From assembly GCA_964481385.1 (NCBI GenBank), contig CAYZTN010000002.1, forward strand, positions 1 to 46,582: DNA of 46,582 nucleotides, in the 5' to 3' direction. A program made the position numbers and the translations under genes. A model generated the notes under the pieces. It had not been told where the DNA came from, did not search any database, and worked only from the letters and a program-made list of their open reading frames with translations. Shown here in pieces: positions 34,439 through 42,345 of the stretch. The stretch's first letter is position 1. The number at the start of each line of letters is the position of its first letter. This stretch comes from an uncultured Clostridium sp. (GTDB lineage Bacteria > Bacillota > Clostridia > TANB77 > CAG-465).

Positions 34439-35584
34439 TCAATGTCTTCTCAATTTTTCAAGTGCCTCTTTAATACAGTCAACTATATAATCTGCGTCAA
34501 ACATTGTGTTACATTCGCCATACGTAATTCTAATTGCACTTTTTGCCATATCATCAGATAGACCTATTGCTTTTAACACATGTGATGGAGTACTTGCTCC
34601 TGCGGTACAGGCACTACCGGAAGATACACAAACATTTTTCATATCCAGCATTAATACTAAGCTTTTTCCGTCTATTCCCTTAAATGACACGTTTACATTT
34701 CCAGGAAGCCTTGACAGCCTATCTCCATTTAAAACAACGCCTCGTACTTCATTAAGTAATCTAAATATAGTATGTTCGCGAAGCATAAAAAGTTTATCTA
34801 CATATCGTGGCATTTCTGCTACAGCTAATTCTAATGCTTTTGCCATACCAACTATACCAGCTACGTTTTCTGTGCCTGCACGCATAGATTTTTCTTGATG
34901 TCCACCAGTTATGCAAGGCAAAAAGTCTACTCCTCTACGAATATATGCGGCTCCTACTCCTTTTGGGCCATAAAACTTATGTGCTGACATACTAAGTGCG
35001 TCTATTCCTAATGTAGCCACATTAATGTTTAATGTTCCCGCTGCTTGAACAGCGTCTGTATGAAAATATATTCCATGACTTTTAGCAATTTTGGCTATTT
35101 CCAATATATTTTGCACAGTACCTATTTCGTTATTTGCAAACATAATACTGATTAAAATAGTGTCTGGCGTTATTGCATTTATTACATCTTCAGGACGCAC
35201 AAAACCTTTATTATCTACATCTAAGTATGTTACTAAAAAGCCTTGCTTTTCTAAGTCACTACAAGTGTTAAGCACAGCTAAATGCTCTACTTTACTTGTA
35301 ATTATATGACGCCCTCTATGCTTATTTGCCATAGCAATTCCACGTATAATTAAATTATCTGATTCACTTCCACCACTTGTAAAATATATTTCGTCTGAAT
35401 GTGCTCCAAATATATGAGCAATTTTAGTTCTAGCATTTTCTATTGCCGTTTTAGACATCGCACCTAATTTATATGAAGACGAAGCATTGCCATACCTCAA
35501 AGTGAAGTATGGCAACATTTCATCTAAAACTTCTTTTTTTACATATGTTGTTGCAGAATGGTCTGCATATATGATTCGTTCCAT
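34439..35584 (-). CDS. cysteine desulfurase (NifS/IscS family, class V aminotransferase)
   Basis: SAHKFYGPKG (PLP Lys), SSGSACTAG (active-site Cys), N-terminal IYADHSATT. Confidence 0.9.
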   Translation of the reverse strand: MERIIYADHSATTYVKKEVLDEMLPYFTLRYGNASSSYKLGAMSKTAIENARTKIAHIFGAHSDEIYFTSGGSESDNLIIRGIAMANKHRGRHIITSKVEHLAVLNTCSDLEKQGFLVTYLDVDNKGFVRPEDVINAITPDTILISIMFANNEIGTVQNILEIAKIAKSHGIYFHTDAVQAAGTLNINVATLGIDALSMSAHKFYGPKGVGAAYIRRGVDFLPCITGGHQEKSMRAGTENVAGIVGMAKALELAVAEMPRYVDKLFMLREHTIFRLLNEVRGVVLNGDRLSRLPGNVNVSFKGIDGKSLVLMLDMKNVCVSSGSACTAGASTPSHVLKAIGLSDDMAKSAIRITYGECNTMFDADYIVDCIKEALEKLRRH

Positions 35585-35677
35585 TTTATCACCTATATAT
35601 ACATATTACATTTATATACTATATTATATACAAGTTTTAAAATTTAGTTCGTCTGCTTTAGGGATATCTCTTTATGT

Positions 35678-36067
35678 TTATCTTTCTGTCTGCTTTAAAT
35701 ACTTCAATATACTTTGGACATCAGCTTTATCTTTTGGTTTATCACTTTTAATTTTTGAATTTAAAATTTGCTCTAGCTTTTGCACTTGATATCCTTGAAG
35801 CACATCATATTCAAATGGATACTTACCACTAACTACTACTTCAACCAAGTCACTAATGTGATAAAAACCACATTCATTTTTATCTTCCTCTTTTAAATTA
35901 TACTTTACACGTAACTTTTCAAATAGCTCAGGCTTTACACACAGGTCTAAATCGTTCGCTCTGTCTCTTAGTCCATATAACACTAAACAACCACTAGACA
36001 GAATATAATATTCGGTAGTTGGTAAGTCTAGATCTTGTAATAATTTAATTACTTCTTGTTTATTCAT
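35678..36067 (-). CDS. small nucleotidyltransferase-fold-like protein (tentative)
   Basis: SSGCLVLYGLRDRANDLDLCV resembles the G-x-x-x-G...D-x-D NTase motif. The protein is 129 aa and has a good SD. Confidence 0.35.
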   Translation of the reverse strand: MNKQEVIKLLQDLDLPTTEYYILSSGCLVLYGLRDRANDLDLCVKPELFEKLRVKYNLKEEDKNECGFYHISDLVEVVVSGKYPFEYDVLQGYQVQKLEQILNSKIKSDKPKDKADVQSILKYLKQTER

Positions 36068-36172
36068 TTACTTTTCTCCTCACAATAATTTTACAACGCT
36101 TTATATAAAATAATAATCAAAAGTTCATATAAAGTAAAGCAGCATAGATTTTTGTCTACACTGCTTTCCAGA
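36068..36172 (-). repeat. terminator-promoter module, copy 2 (homologous to 36836-36928)
   Basis: AAGCAGCATAGATTTTTGTCTACACTGCTT hairpin plus TTTACAACGCTTTATATAAAATA. It is roughly 80% identical by eye to the copy between paralogs 1 and 2. Confidence 0.6.
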
Positions 36173-36499
36173 TTATAAAGTGTTTTCGTCAAATCTTTCC
36201 CAGGCCCAAATTTCAACAGTTTCAAGATACTCATTAGATATATTTGCTTTATATAACCTGGCTTTTGGCTCGCCTTCTTCCAAGCACTTTGTGTTTAGAA
36301 ACTTTAATACAGCCTCTGTTGTTATACAATAGTCTATATATCCAGTTTCCTTATTTAAAACCTTGTATTTTGCTCCAGCTGAGTCAGTTTCAACCCACAT
36401 ATCTATATCTTCCATTAGATAATTAAATGCTTCTGCCATTCTAGGCGAACATTCAATTAAGTCCATATGCGTTTCAAATTCCAATAAAACTTTTCTCAT
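36173..36499 (-). CDS. small cytoplasmic protein, paralog 3 of a three-member tandem family
   Basis: Shared motifs DLIECSPRMAEAF, W.ETD.AGAKY, LKFLNTKCLEEGEPKARLYKANIS. SD GAGAGG. It lies 24 bp after paralog 2. Confidence 0.6.
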   Translation of the reverse strand: MRKVLLEFETHMDLIECSPRMAEAFNYLMEDIDMWVETDSAGAKYKVLNKETGYIDYCITTEAVLKFLNTKCLEEGEPKARLYKANISNEYLETVEIWAWERFDENTL

Positions 36500-36523
36500 T
36501 TCTAGCTACCTCTCTAAATTTTC

Positions 36524-36820
36524 TTAAAACTCTGATACATTATCTACCCTAACATGTTTAGATACATTTCCTTTATATAATCTAGCTTTCGCTTCTCCTT
36601 CTCGTAGACATTTAGTATTTAAGTACTTTAACACAACATCTGTATTTATCCAATGTCCAACAGCTCCACTTCCATCTATTAGTCTATATTCCGCTCCATC
36701 TGGTTCATTTTCTATCCAGCTATATATTCCACCTATAATATTATCAAAATTTTCAGCAATTCTATCTGGGCACTCTATTAAATCACAACGTTCACTAAAT
36801 ATTACCAATACTTTTTTCAT
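36524..36820 (-). CDS. small cytoplasmic protein, paralog 2
   Basis: About 51/98 positions are identical to paralog 1 by hand alignment. ATG 36820 (MKKVLVIF) follows GGAGG. Confidence 0.6.
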   Translation of the reverse strand: MKKVLVIFSERCDLIECPDRIAENFDNIIGGIYSWIENEPDGAEYRLIDGSGAVGHWINTDVVLKYLNTKCLREGEAKARLYKGNVSKHVRVDNVSEF

Positions 36821-36835
36821 CATTCCCTCCATCAC

Positions 36836-36928
36836 AACAATATTTTACAACAATTTATATAAAATATCAATTGAAAAGCTTATATATAGTTAAGCAGCAT
36901 AGATTTTTATCTACACTGCTTTTTTGTT
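36836..36928 (-). repeat. terminator-promoter module, copy 1, including promoter TTGATA-17 bp-TAAAAT (36870-36842, minus strand)
   Basis: AAGCAGCATAGATTTTTATCTACACTGCTT hairpin, followed on the minus strand by the promoter of paralog 2. Confidence 0.55.
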
Positions 36929-37225
36929 TTAGAATTCTACTCGACTATCTGCACGAGTGTGTTTGGATACATTCGCTTTATACAATTTTGCTTCGGGCTC
37001 GCCAGATTTCAAATGTTTTGAATTTAAGTATTTTAGTATAGACTCTGTACTTTCTATACAACCCATTTCTCCATCCCCTAAATCGACTAGATATTCAGCT
37101 CCAGCTGGGTCAGTTTTTATCCAATTACGTAATCCACCTATTATGTTTCTAAAATCATCTGCAATTCTATCTGAACATTCGATTAAATCATTAGCTATAT
37201 CATAGCACAACAATATTCTTTTCAT
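36929..37225 (-). CDS. small cytoplasmic protein, paralog 1
   Basis: 98 aa: MKRILLCYDIANDLIECSDRIADDF...LKYLNSKHLKSGEPEAKLYKANVSKH. SD GGAGGAA. Confidence 0.6.
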   Translation of the reverse strand: MKRILLCYDIANDLIECSDRIADDFRNIIGGLRNWIKTDPAGAEYLVDLGDGEMGCIESTESILKYLNSKHLKSGEPEAKLYKANVSKHTRADSRVEF

Positions 37226-37252
37226 TTTTTAATTCCTCCATACCACTCATAT

Positions 37253-37280
37253 ATTATATACCATTTAACTAAAAAGTCAA
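37253..37280 (-). promoter_or_regulatory. promoter of paralog 1, TTGACT-16 bp-TATAAT
   Basis: On the minus strand, TTGACT lies at 37280-37275 and TATAAT at 37258-37253. It sits between the left inverted repeat and the gene. Confidence 0.5.
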
Positions 37281-37288
37281 TATTCCTA

Positions 37289-37315
37289 GGCTAAGGCGCA
37301 GGATAAAATCACAAA
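37289..37315. repeat. left inverted repeat GGCTAAGGCGCAGGATAAAATCACAAA
   Basis: Its reverse complement matches 37658-37674 (17/17) and then 37698-37706 (9/10) on the right side. Confidence 0.75.
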
Positions 37316-37657
37316 GATCAATTTTAAGAGTCATGAGTTTACATAATCTTTGTGTATCGCTATATAGCTCTTCCAATGTAGTTAAAAAATAATTTCCAAA
37401 GTTAGTATGATAATGTTAAAATAATTATGTAGGCTTTATGACATTTTTATTTTAGCATTATCAGCGCAGCTTTCTAATAACATTTAAATTTTTTTGATAT
37501 TGTTATAAAACTCTGTTTTCAGCTTCTTTAAACATCATATTTGGCATGCTTATTTTTTTGGGGGATTCATTAAATTATGTCAATTTCGCCTTAAAAATTT
37601 CCAATCATTTCACAGTCCATTTCAAAGTTATGTTACCTAACGTCCTTCAAAACCTAG

Positions 37658-37706
37658 TTTTGTGATTTTATCCTGGCTAAGGCGAGAGCGTTTGTTCTCG
37701 CCTTAG
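37658..37706. repeat. right inverted repeat, interrupted by 23 bp that form a 12-bp GC-rich hairpin
   Basis: TTTGTGATTTTATCCTG + GCTAAGGCGAGAGCGTTTGTTCT + CGCCTTAGC. The local stem pairs GCTAAGGCGAGA with TCTCGCCTTAGC. Confidence 0.75.
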
Positions 37707-37719
37707 CAATGTAGTTTAT

Positions 37720-38556
37720 TTAATAATACCAACAATGTGCTCCTGTATGGCTATATGTTCCGTCTGAGTAATACCTTTTAACTGCATGATAATGCGGAAA
37801 ATAACCATCATCTACACTACCGTGCCAACCCCATTCAGCATAGCCTATTGGGCTAGCACTTTTACAAACCGCTTTTGCGCGATGCTTACTCGTAGCCCAC
37901 ACACTTTTGCCCCAACGTATTCTTCTTACCGCGGAATCATATGATAATCCAATTCCAGCAGCTATGTACACATCATTTCCGATAAGGTAGGCTGGAAAAT
38001 ACTCTGCATTATTGGCTTTTCGTTTAAGCGTAGTTGCTAACTTTGAAGCTGCATAACACACAACACCAGAAATACACGCTTTGCCAGCCCAAATAAGTGA
38101 ATAATACAAAGCACTTGAAATTACAACAGTCGAACCAGCAATCGTAATAGCAAATTGTGGTGTAACTGCCTCAGCTGTGTTTACTTCGCCTTCAAGTGTT
38201 TCATTTTCTTTTTCCACTTTCCAGCTAGCAATGCCATCAGTATTTACATCTGTTATTTCAAGCAAATATTCGCCATCATCATCAATATAGAAAATTTCGC
38301 CTGTATCGTCATCATACTTCAGCTCAAATTTTCCATATTCTCCGTCAACAACGTAAGATATTGTGCTATCTTCGTTTTGTAAAACTTCCATTCCTATTTC
38401 TTCTCTTAAGGCTTTAGAAGTTTCATCTTCTTGCTCTAAGAAATCCGGAGTCTCTACAGCATTCTGCTTCTCAGATACACAAGAAGATAAGAACAGCATA
38501 CAAATAACAAGCATGAGACTGATTGCCCGAGTTATAAAAGAACGATTCTTTTGCAT
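37720..38556 (-). CDS. putative lipoprotein with acidic N-terminal region, central hydrophobic segment and His/Trp/Tyr-rich C-terminal domain
   Basis: Signal peptide plus lipobox (LMLVICMLFLSSC). The C-terminus reads YAEWGWHGSVDDGYFPHYHAVKRYYSDGTYSHTGAHCWYY. ATG 38556 lies 8 nt after AAAGGAG. Confidence 0.6.
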   Translation of the reverse strand: MQKNRSFITRAISLMLVICMLFLSSCVSEKQNAVETPDFLEQEDETSKALREEIGMEVLQNEDSTISYVVDGEYGKFELKYDDDTGEIFYIDDDGEYLLEITDVNTDGIASWKVEKENETLEGEVNTAEAVTPQFAITIAGSTVVISSALYYSLIWAGKACISGVVCYAASKLATTLKRKANNAEYFPAYLIGNDVYIAAGIGLSYDSAVRRIRWGKSVWATSKHRAKAVCKSASPIGYAEWGWHGSVDDGYFPHYHAVKRYYSDGTYSHTGAHCWYY

Positions 38557-38585
38557 AAGTTTTGCTCCTTTCAAGAACATGTGAA

Positions 38586-39410
38586 TTAATTTGTGGATAT
38601 TGTTTGTTTGACTATTCGTATTAGTTCTGCATTGGTATTACCCCTTTCATATTTTTGATTATATGAATTAGCAATTATTCCTGTCACACATGGTGCTAAA
38701 AAAGAATTGCCATCATATTCTTCAGTTCCTATTTTTACGGAATTAATACTCTTTAATATGATACGAGTATCTTCATTGTACAATTCTATATTATCTGTTT
38801 TTCCAACGCAAATTACACCATCATACATTGATGGAAAGTCTACTTCTACATTAGAATTGTTAATTGAAGAAACTATTATCGCCCCATCAGAAATTAAGGC
38901 GTTTATCATGCACTCAACATTCTCACTATAAATGCCAAATGACAAACTCATATTTATTATGTCTATTTCATTGCCTTTACACCACTCCAGTGCTTTATAT
39001 ACAGCCTCGGTTGAAGCTAAACCATATTTGTTTATAACTTTGAGCATATATACTTCTGCATTTGGTGAAATACCATAGTTTGGGTTGGATATAATATCTA
39101 AAACAATACTTCCATGTCCTATGTAATCAGCAGTATCTTCATCATTAGAAAAATTTATCGCATTTGATACAATTTGCCCTTTTGATATTCCACTATCAAT
39201 TACAGCTATTTTAACATTATCACCATAACCGTATTTATTATGAACTGTTCCAGATAGTTTTGATATATCAATAACATTCATATTCTGACTCAAAAACATC
39301 CTACAAATTATAACCACTAATATCACTGCTAAAGCAACCATACCTAAAAACTTAAATATACTTTTTTTCACAATGCTTTCTCCATTCTTTAAAATTTTAA
39401 AGACTCTCAT
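38586..39410 (-). CDS. small membrane-anchored subtilisin-like (S8) serine peptidase
   Basis: Catalytic-triad contexts are AVIDSGIS (Asp), GHGSIVLD (His) and GNSFLAPCVTG (Ser), with an N-terminal TM helix. No SD is visible before the ATG. Confidence 0.7.
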   Translation of the reverse strand: MRVFKILKNGESIVKKSIFKFLGMVALAVILVVIICRMFLSQNMNVIDISKLSGTVHNKYGYGDNVKIAVIDSGISKGQIVSNAINFSNDEDTADYIGHGSIVLDIISNPNYGISPNAEVYMLKVINKYGLASTEAVYKALEWCKGNEIDIINMSLSFGIYSENVECMINALISDGAIIVSSINNSNVEVDFPSMYDGVICVGKTDNIELYNEDTRIILKSINSVKIGTEEYDGNSFLAPCVTGIIANSYNQKYERGNTNAELIRIVKQTISTN

Positions 39411-39423
39411 TTCATTTTGGTAA

Positions 39424-39452
39424 ATTATACCATCATTCTCAGATTATGTCAA
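39424..39452 (-). promoter_or_regulatory. full-consensus sigma-A promoter TTGACA-17 bp-TATAAT with TGn, ~14 nt upstream of the S8 ATG
   Basis: On the minus strand, TTGACA lies at 39452-39447 and TATAAT at 39429-39424, preceded by TGG. Confidence 0.65.
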
Positions 39453-39473
39453 CAACCTTTCAATAATTATAGT

Positions 39474-39516
39474 AAAAAACAAGAGAAGCCTTACCCTGCA
39501 GACTTATCTTCTCTTG
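39474..39516 (-). terminator. rho-independent terminator of ileS
   Basis: A 9-bp stem CAAGAGAAG / CTTCTCTTG with a 19-nt loop, followed on the minus strand by TTTTTT. Confidence 0.6.
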
Positions 39517-39533
39517 CGTTTATTTATTCTCTT

Positions 39534-42332
39534 TTATTTACTCTTGTTATTTTCCAAAGCCTTAATACACGCTGGACAAATTGTTGGATGAGTTTCGTTT
39601 TCTCCAATGTGTTCACTATATTTCCAACATCTCTCGCATTTTGCTCCATCGGCTTTTGCTACAGATATGTTTCTTTCTCCTTCACGTACTTCCACTTTAG
39701 ACACTATAAGTACCATTGCAAGAGTATCTGCCATATCTTTAAACATGTTGTACTCATTGCCATTTAAAGTAAATATTACTTTTGCGTCTAATGGGTGACC
39801 TACTAGTTTTTCAGCTCTTGCTTTTTCTAGTGCAAGTAATGCTTCTTCTCTTAGTGCATATATTTTATCCCATTTTTCTACAAGGTCCTTATTCTCGTAC
39901 ATAGCATTTGCCTTTGGCATATCTGCAAGAAGTATAGACTCTGTTTTGTCTTTTTCAGAAAGGTTAATATAGCTCCAGATTTCTTCTGCTGTAAATGAAA
40001 GTATTGGTGCTAGTATCTTTGTCATTGTAGTTAATACATCGTACATTGTAGACTGAATGCTTTTTCTTAAAGTATTTTTAGCGTCTAATGTATATAATCT
40101 ATCTTTTACAACGTCAAGATATTTTGAGCTTAAATCTGATGTACAGAATCTATGTATTGCATTAAATACTGCATGGAATTCATATTTATCATAAGAAGCA
40201 ATACTATCTTTTACAAGCTCGTTTGTTTTGTACATGATGTATTTATCTAATTCGTCACGGCCCGCATACTCTACATATTCTGTATCTGCATTAAAGTCTG
40301 AAAGGTTACCTAGCATAAATCTTGCTGTATTTCTTATCTTTTTGTACACTTCTGCTATTCCTTTTATAATGTCCTTAGATACTCTAACATCTGCGTGGTA
40401 GTCTGAAGATACTGTCCAAAGTCTTAATATATCTGCTCCGAACTCATTACAAACGTCCATTGGGTCTACACCATTACCAAGGCTCTTTGACATTTTTCTC
40501 TTATCTTCGTCTATTAAAAAGCCATGTGTAACATTTTCTCTATATGGTGCTACACCTTTTACTGCAACTGAAGTTAGAAGTGATGATTGGAACCATCCTC
40601 TATATTGGTCATTTCCCTCTAAGTACAAATCTGCTGGCCAGCTTAAGCCATATTTTGAAGTACCACATACTGCAAAGTGACTTGAACCTGAATCAAACCA
40701 TACGTCCATTATATCTTTTTCTTTTACAAGATGTGTACAACCACATTCGCACTTAAAGTCAGAAGTTCCAAGTAATTCTTCTGGTGACAATTCATACCAA
40801 GCATTTGTGCCTTTTTCTTTAAACACTTCAATTAGCTTAGCTATTGTTTCGTCAGTTATATATTCCTTGCCACAGTCTTCACAGTAGAATATTGGAATTG
40901 GAACGCCCCATGTTCTTTGACGAGATATACACCAGTCACCTCTGTCTTTTAACATGTTAAGCATTCTTTCTTCGCCCCAAGCTGGATACCACTTAACTGT
41001 TTTTACAGCTTCTAATGCATTCTGTCTAAACTCTTTTACAGATGCAAACCATTGAGTTGTAGCTCTGTATATTACTGGTTTATGACATCTCCAGCAATGT
41101 GGATATGGGTGAGTTAGTTCTTTTTTTGCAAGAAGTGCATTAAGTTCGCCCAAACGTTCAATTACTCTTTTATTTGCCTCAGTGTATTTCATACCTTCTA
41201 GCTCTCCAGCCTCACTTGTCATATATCCTTTATCGTCTACTGGACAAATTATTTCTATATCTCCATAACGTTTGCATGCAAGATAGTCTTCATGTCCATG
41301 CCCTGGAGCTGTATGTACAAGTCCTGTACCAGCGTCAAGTGTAACTAGCAAGTCGTTATCTGAACCAAGTATTACACGAGAAGTTTTTGGAAGCATTGGA
41401 TGTTCTAGCAATATACCTTCAAATTCATTTCCTTTAAATATTTTATCTAGCACAGTGTACTCAGTAATCTCTGCTTCTTTCATAACAGAATCTACAAGTT
41501 CAGCTGCTATTACATAGTACTCGTCATTTACACTTACTACTAAATACTCAAAATCTGGATTTACTGTAACAGCTTGGTTACCAGGCATTGTCCATGGAGT
41601 TGTTGTCCATATTACGAAGTATAACTTGGACATATCTACTACGCCATCAAACACACCTTTATCTTCTTTTACTTTAAACTTTACAAATATGCTTGTAGCA
41701 GTATCATCCTCATATTCAATTTCTGCTTCTGCTAAAGCTGTTCTACAGTCTTCACACCAATATACTGGCTTTAAATCACGGTAGATGTAACCTTTTTTAT
41801 ACATATCTGCAAATACTTTAATTTGCTCTACTTCAAACTCTGGGTCAAGTGTTACATATCTATTTTCAAAGTCTCCCATAATACCTAAACGTTTGAAGCC
41901 TTTCTTTTGAAGCTCTACTTGCTCTAATGCATACTCCATACATTTTCTTCTAAACTCAGGAATTCCTACCATGTCTTTGCTAATTTTTAATACTTGTTCT
42001 ACTTTTTTCTCTATTGGAAGTCCATGTGTATCCCAACCAGGAATATATGGTGCATAAAAACCTGACATGTTTTTGTATTTTATAATTATATCTTTTAGTA
42101 TTTTGTTAAACGCATGTCCCAAATGTATATTACCATTTGCATAAGGTGGTCCGTCATGTAACATAAATGACTTACCAGTTTCTTTGTTTTTTTCTACCAT
42201 TTTAGAATATATATTATTGTTATATAGCGTCTCTAGTATTTGAGGCTCTTTTTCAGGTAACCCTCCACGCATTGGGAAATCTGTTTTGGGTAGATTTAAT
42301 GTTTCAGAATAATTCTTTTTCTCTGCTTCCAT
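39534..42332 (-). CDS. ileS: isoleucine--tRNA ligase
   Basis: PYANGNIHLGH (HIGH), KMSKSLGN, CP1 editing domain, and the C-terminal zinc motif CERCW...CPAC. 932 aa. Confidence 0.97.
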   Translation of the reverse strand: MEAEKKNYSETLNLPKTDFPMRGGLPEKEPQILETLYNNNIYSKMVEKNKETGKSFMLHDGPPYANGNIHLGHAFNKILKDIIIKYKNMSGFYAPYIPGWDTHGLPIEKKVEQVLKISKDMVGIPEFRRKCMEYALEQVELQKKGFKRLGIMGDFENRYVTLDPEFEVEQIKVFADMYKKGYIYRDLKPVYWCEDCRTALAEAEIEYEDDTATSIFVKFKVKEDKGVFDGVVDMSKLYFVIWTTTPWTMPGNQAVTVNPDFEYLVVSVNDEYYVIAAELVDSVMKEAEITEYTVLDKIFKGNEFEGILLEHPMLPKTSRVILGSDNDLLVTLDAGTGLVHTAPGHGHEDYLACKRYGDIEIICPVDDKGYMTSEAGELEGMKYTEANKRVIERLGELNALLAKKELTHPYPHCWRCHKPVIYRATTQWFASVKEFRQNALEAVKTVKWYPAWGEERMLNMLKDRGDWCISRQRTWGVPIPIFYCEDCGKEYITDETIAKLIEVFKEKGTNAWYELSPEELLGTSDFKCECGCTHLVKEKDIMDVWFDSGSSHFAVCGTSKYGLSWPADLYLEGNDQYRGWFQSSLLTSVAVKGVAPYRENVTHGFLIDEDKRKMSKSLGNGVDPMDVCNEFGADILRLWTVSSDYHADVRVSKDIIKGIAEVYKKIRNTARFMLGNLSDFNADTEYVEYAGRDELDKYIMYKTNELVKDSIASYDKYEFHAVFNAIHRFCTSDLSSKYLDVVKDRLYTLDAKNTLRKSIQSTMYDVLTTMTKILAPILSFTAEEIWSYINLSEKDKTESILLADMPKANAMYENKDLVEKWDKIYALREEALLALEKARAEKLVGHPLDAKVIFTLNGNEYNMFKDMADTLAMVLIVSKVEVREGERNISVAKADGAKCERCWKYSEHIGENETHPTICPACIKALENNKSK

Positions 42333-42345
42333 ATATTTCTCTCCT

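Noticed and set aside
37546-37656. A 36-codon plus-strand ORF (MLIFLGDSLNYVNF…) inside the inverted-repeat-flanked segment.
   Set aside because: It has no SD and no recognisable promoter, and its composition is indistinguishable from the surrounding AT-rich DNA. It is kept only as a note within the inverted-repeat finding.
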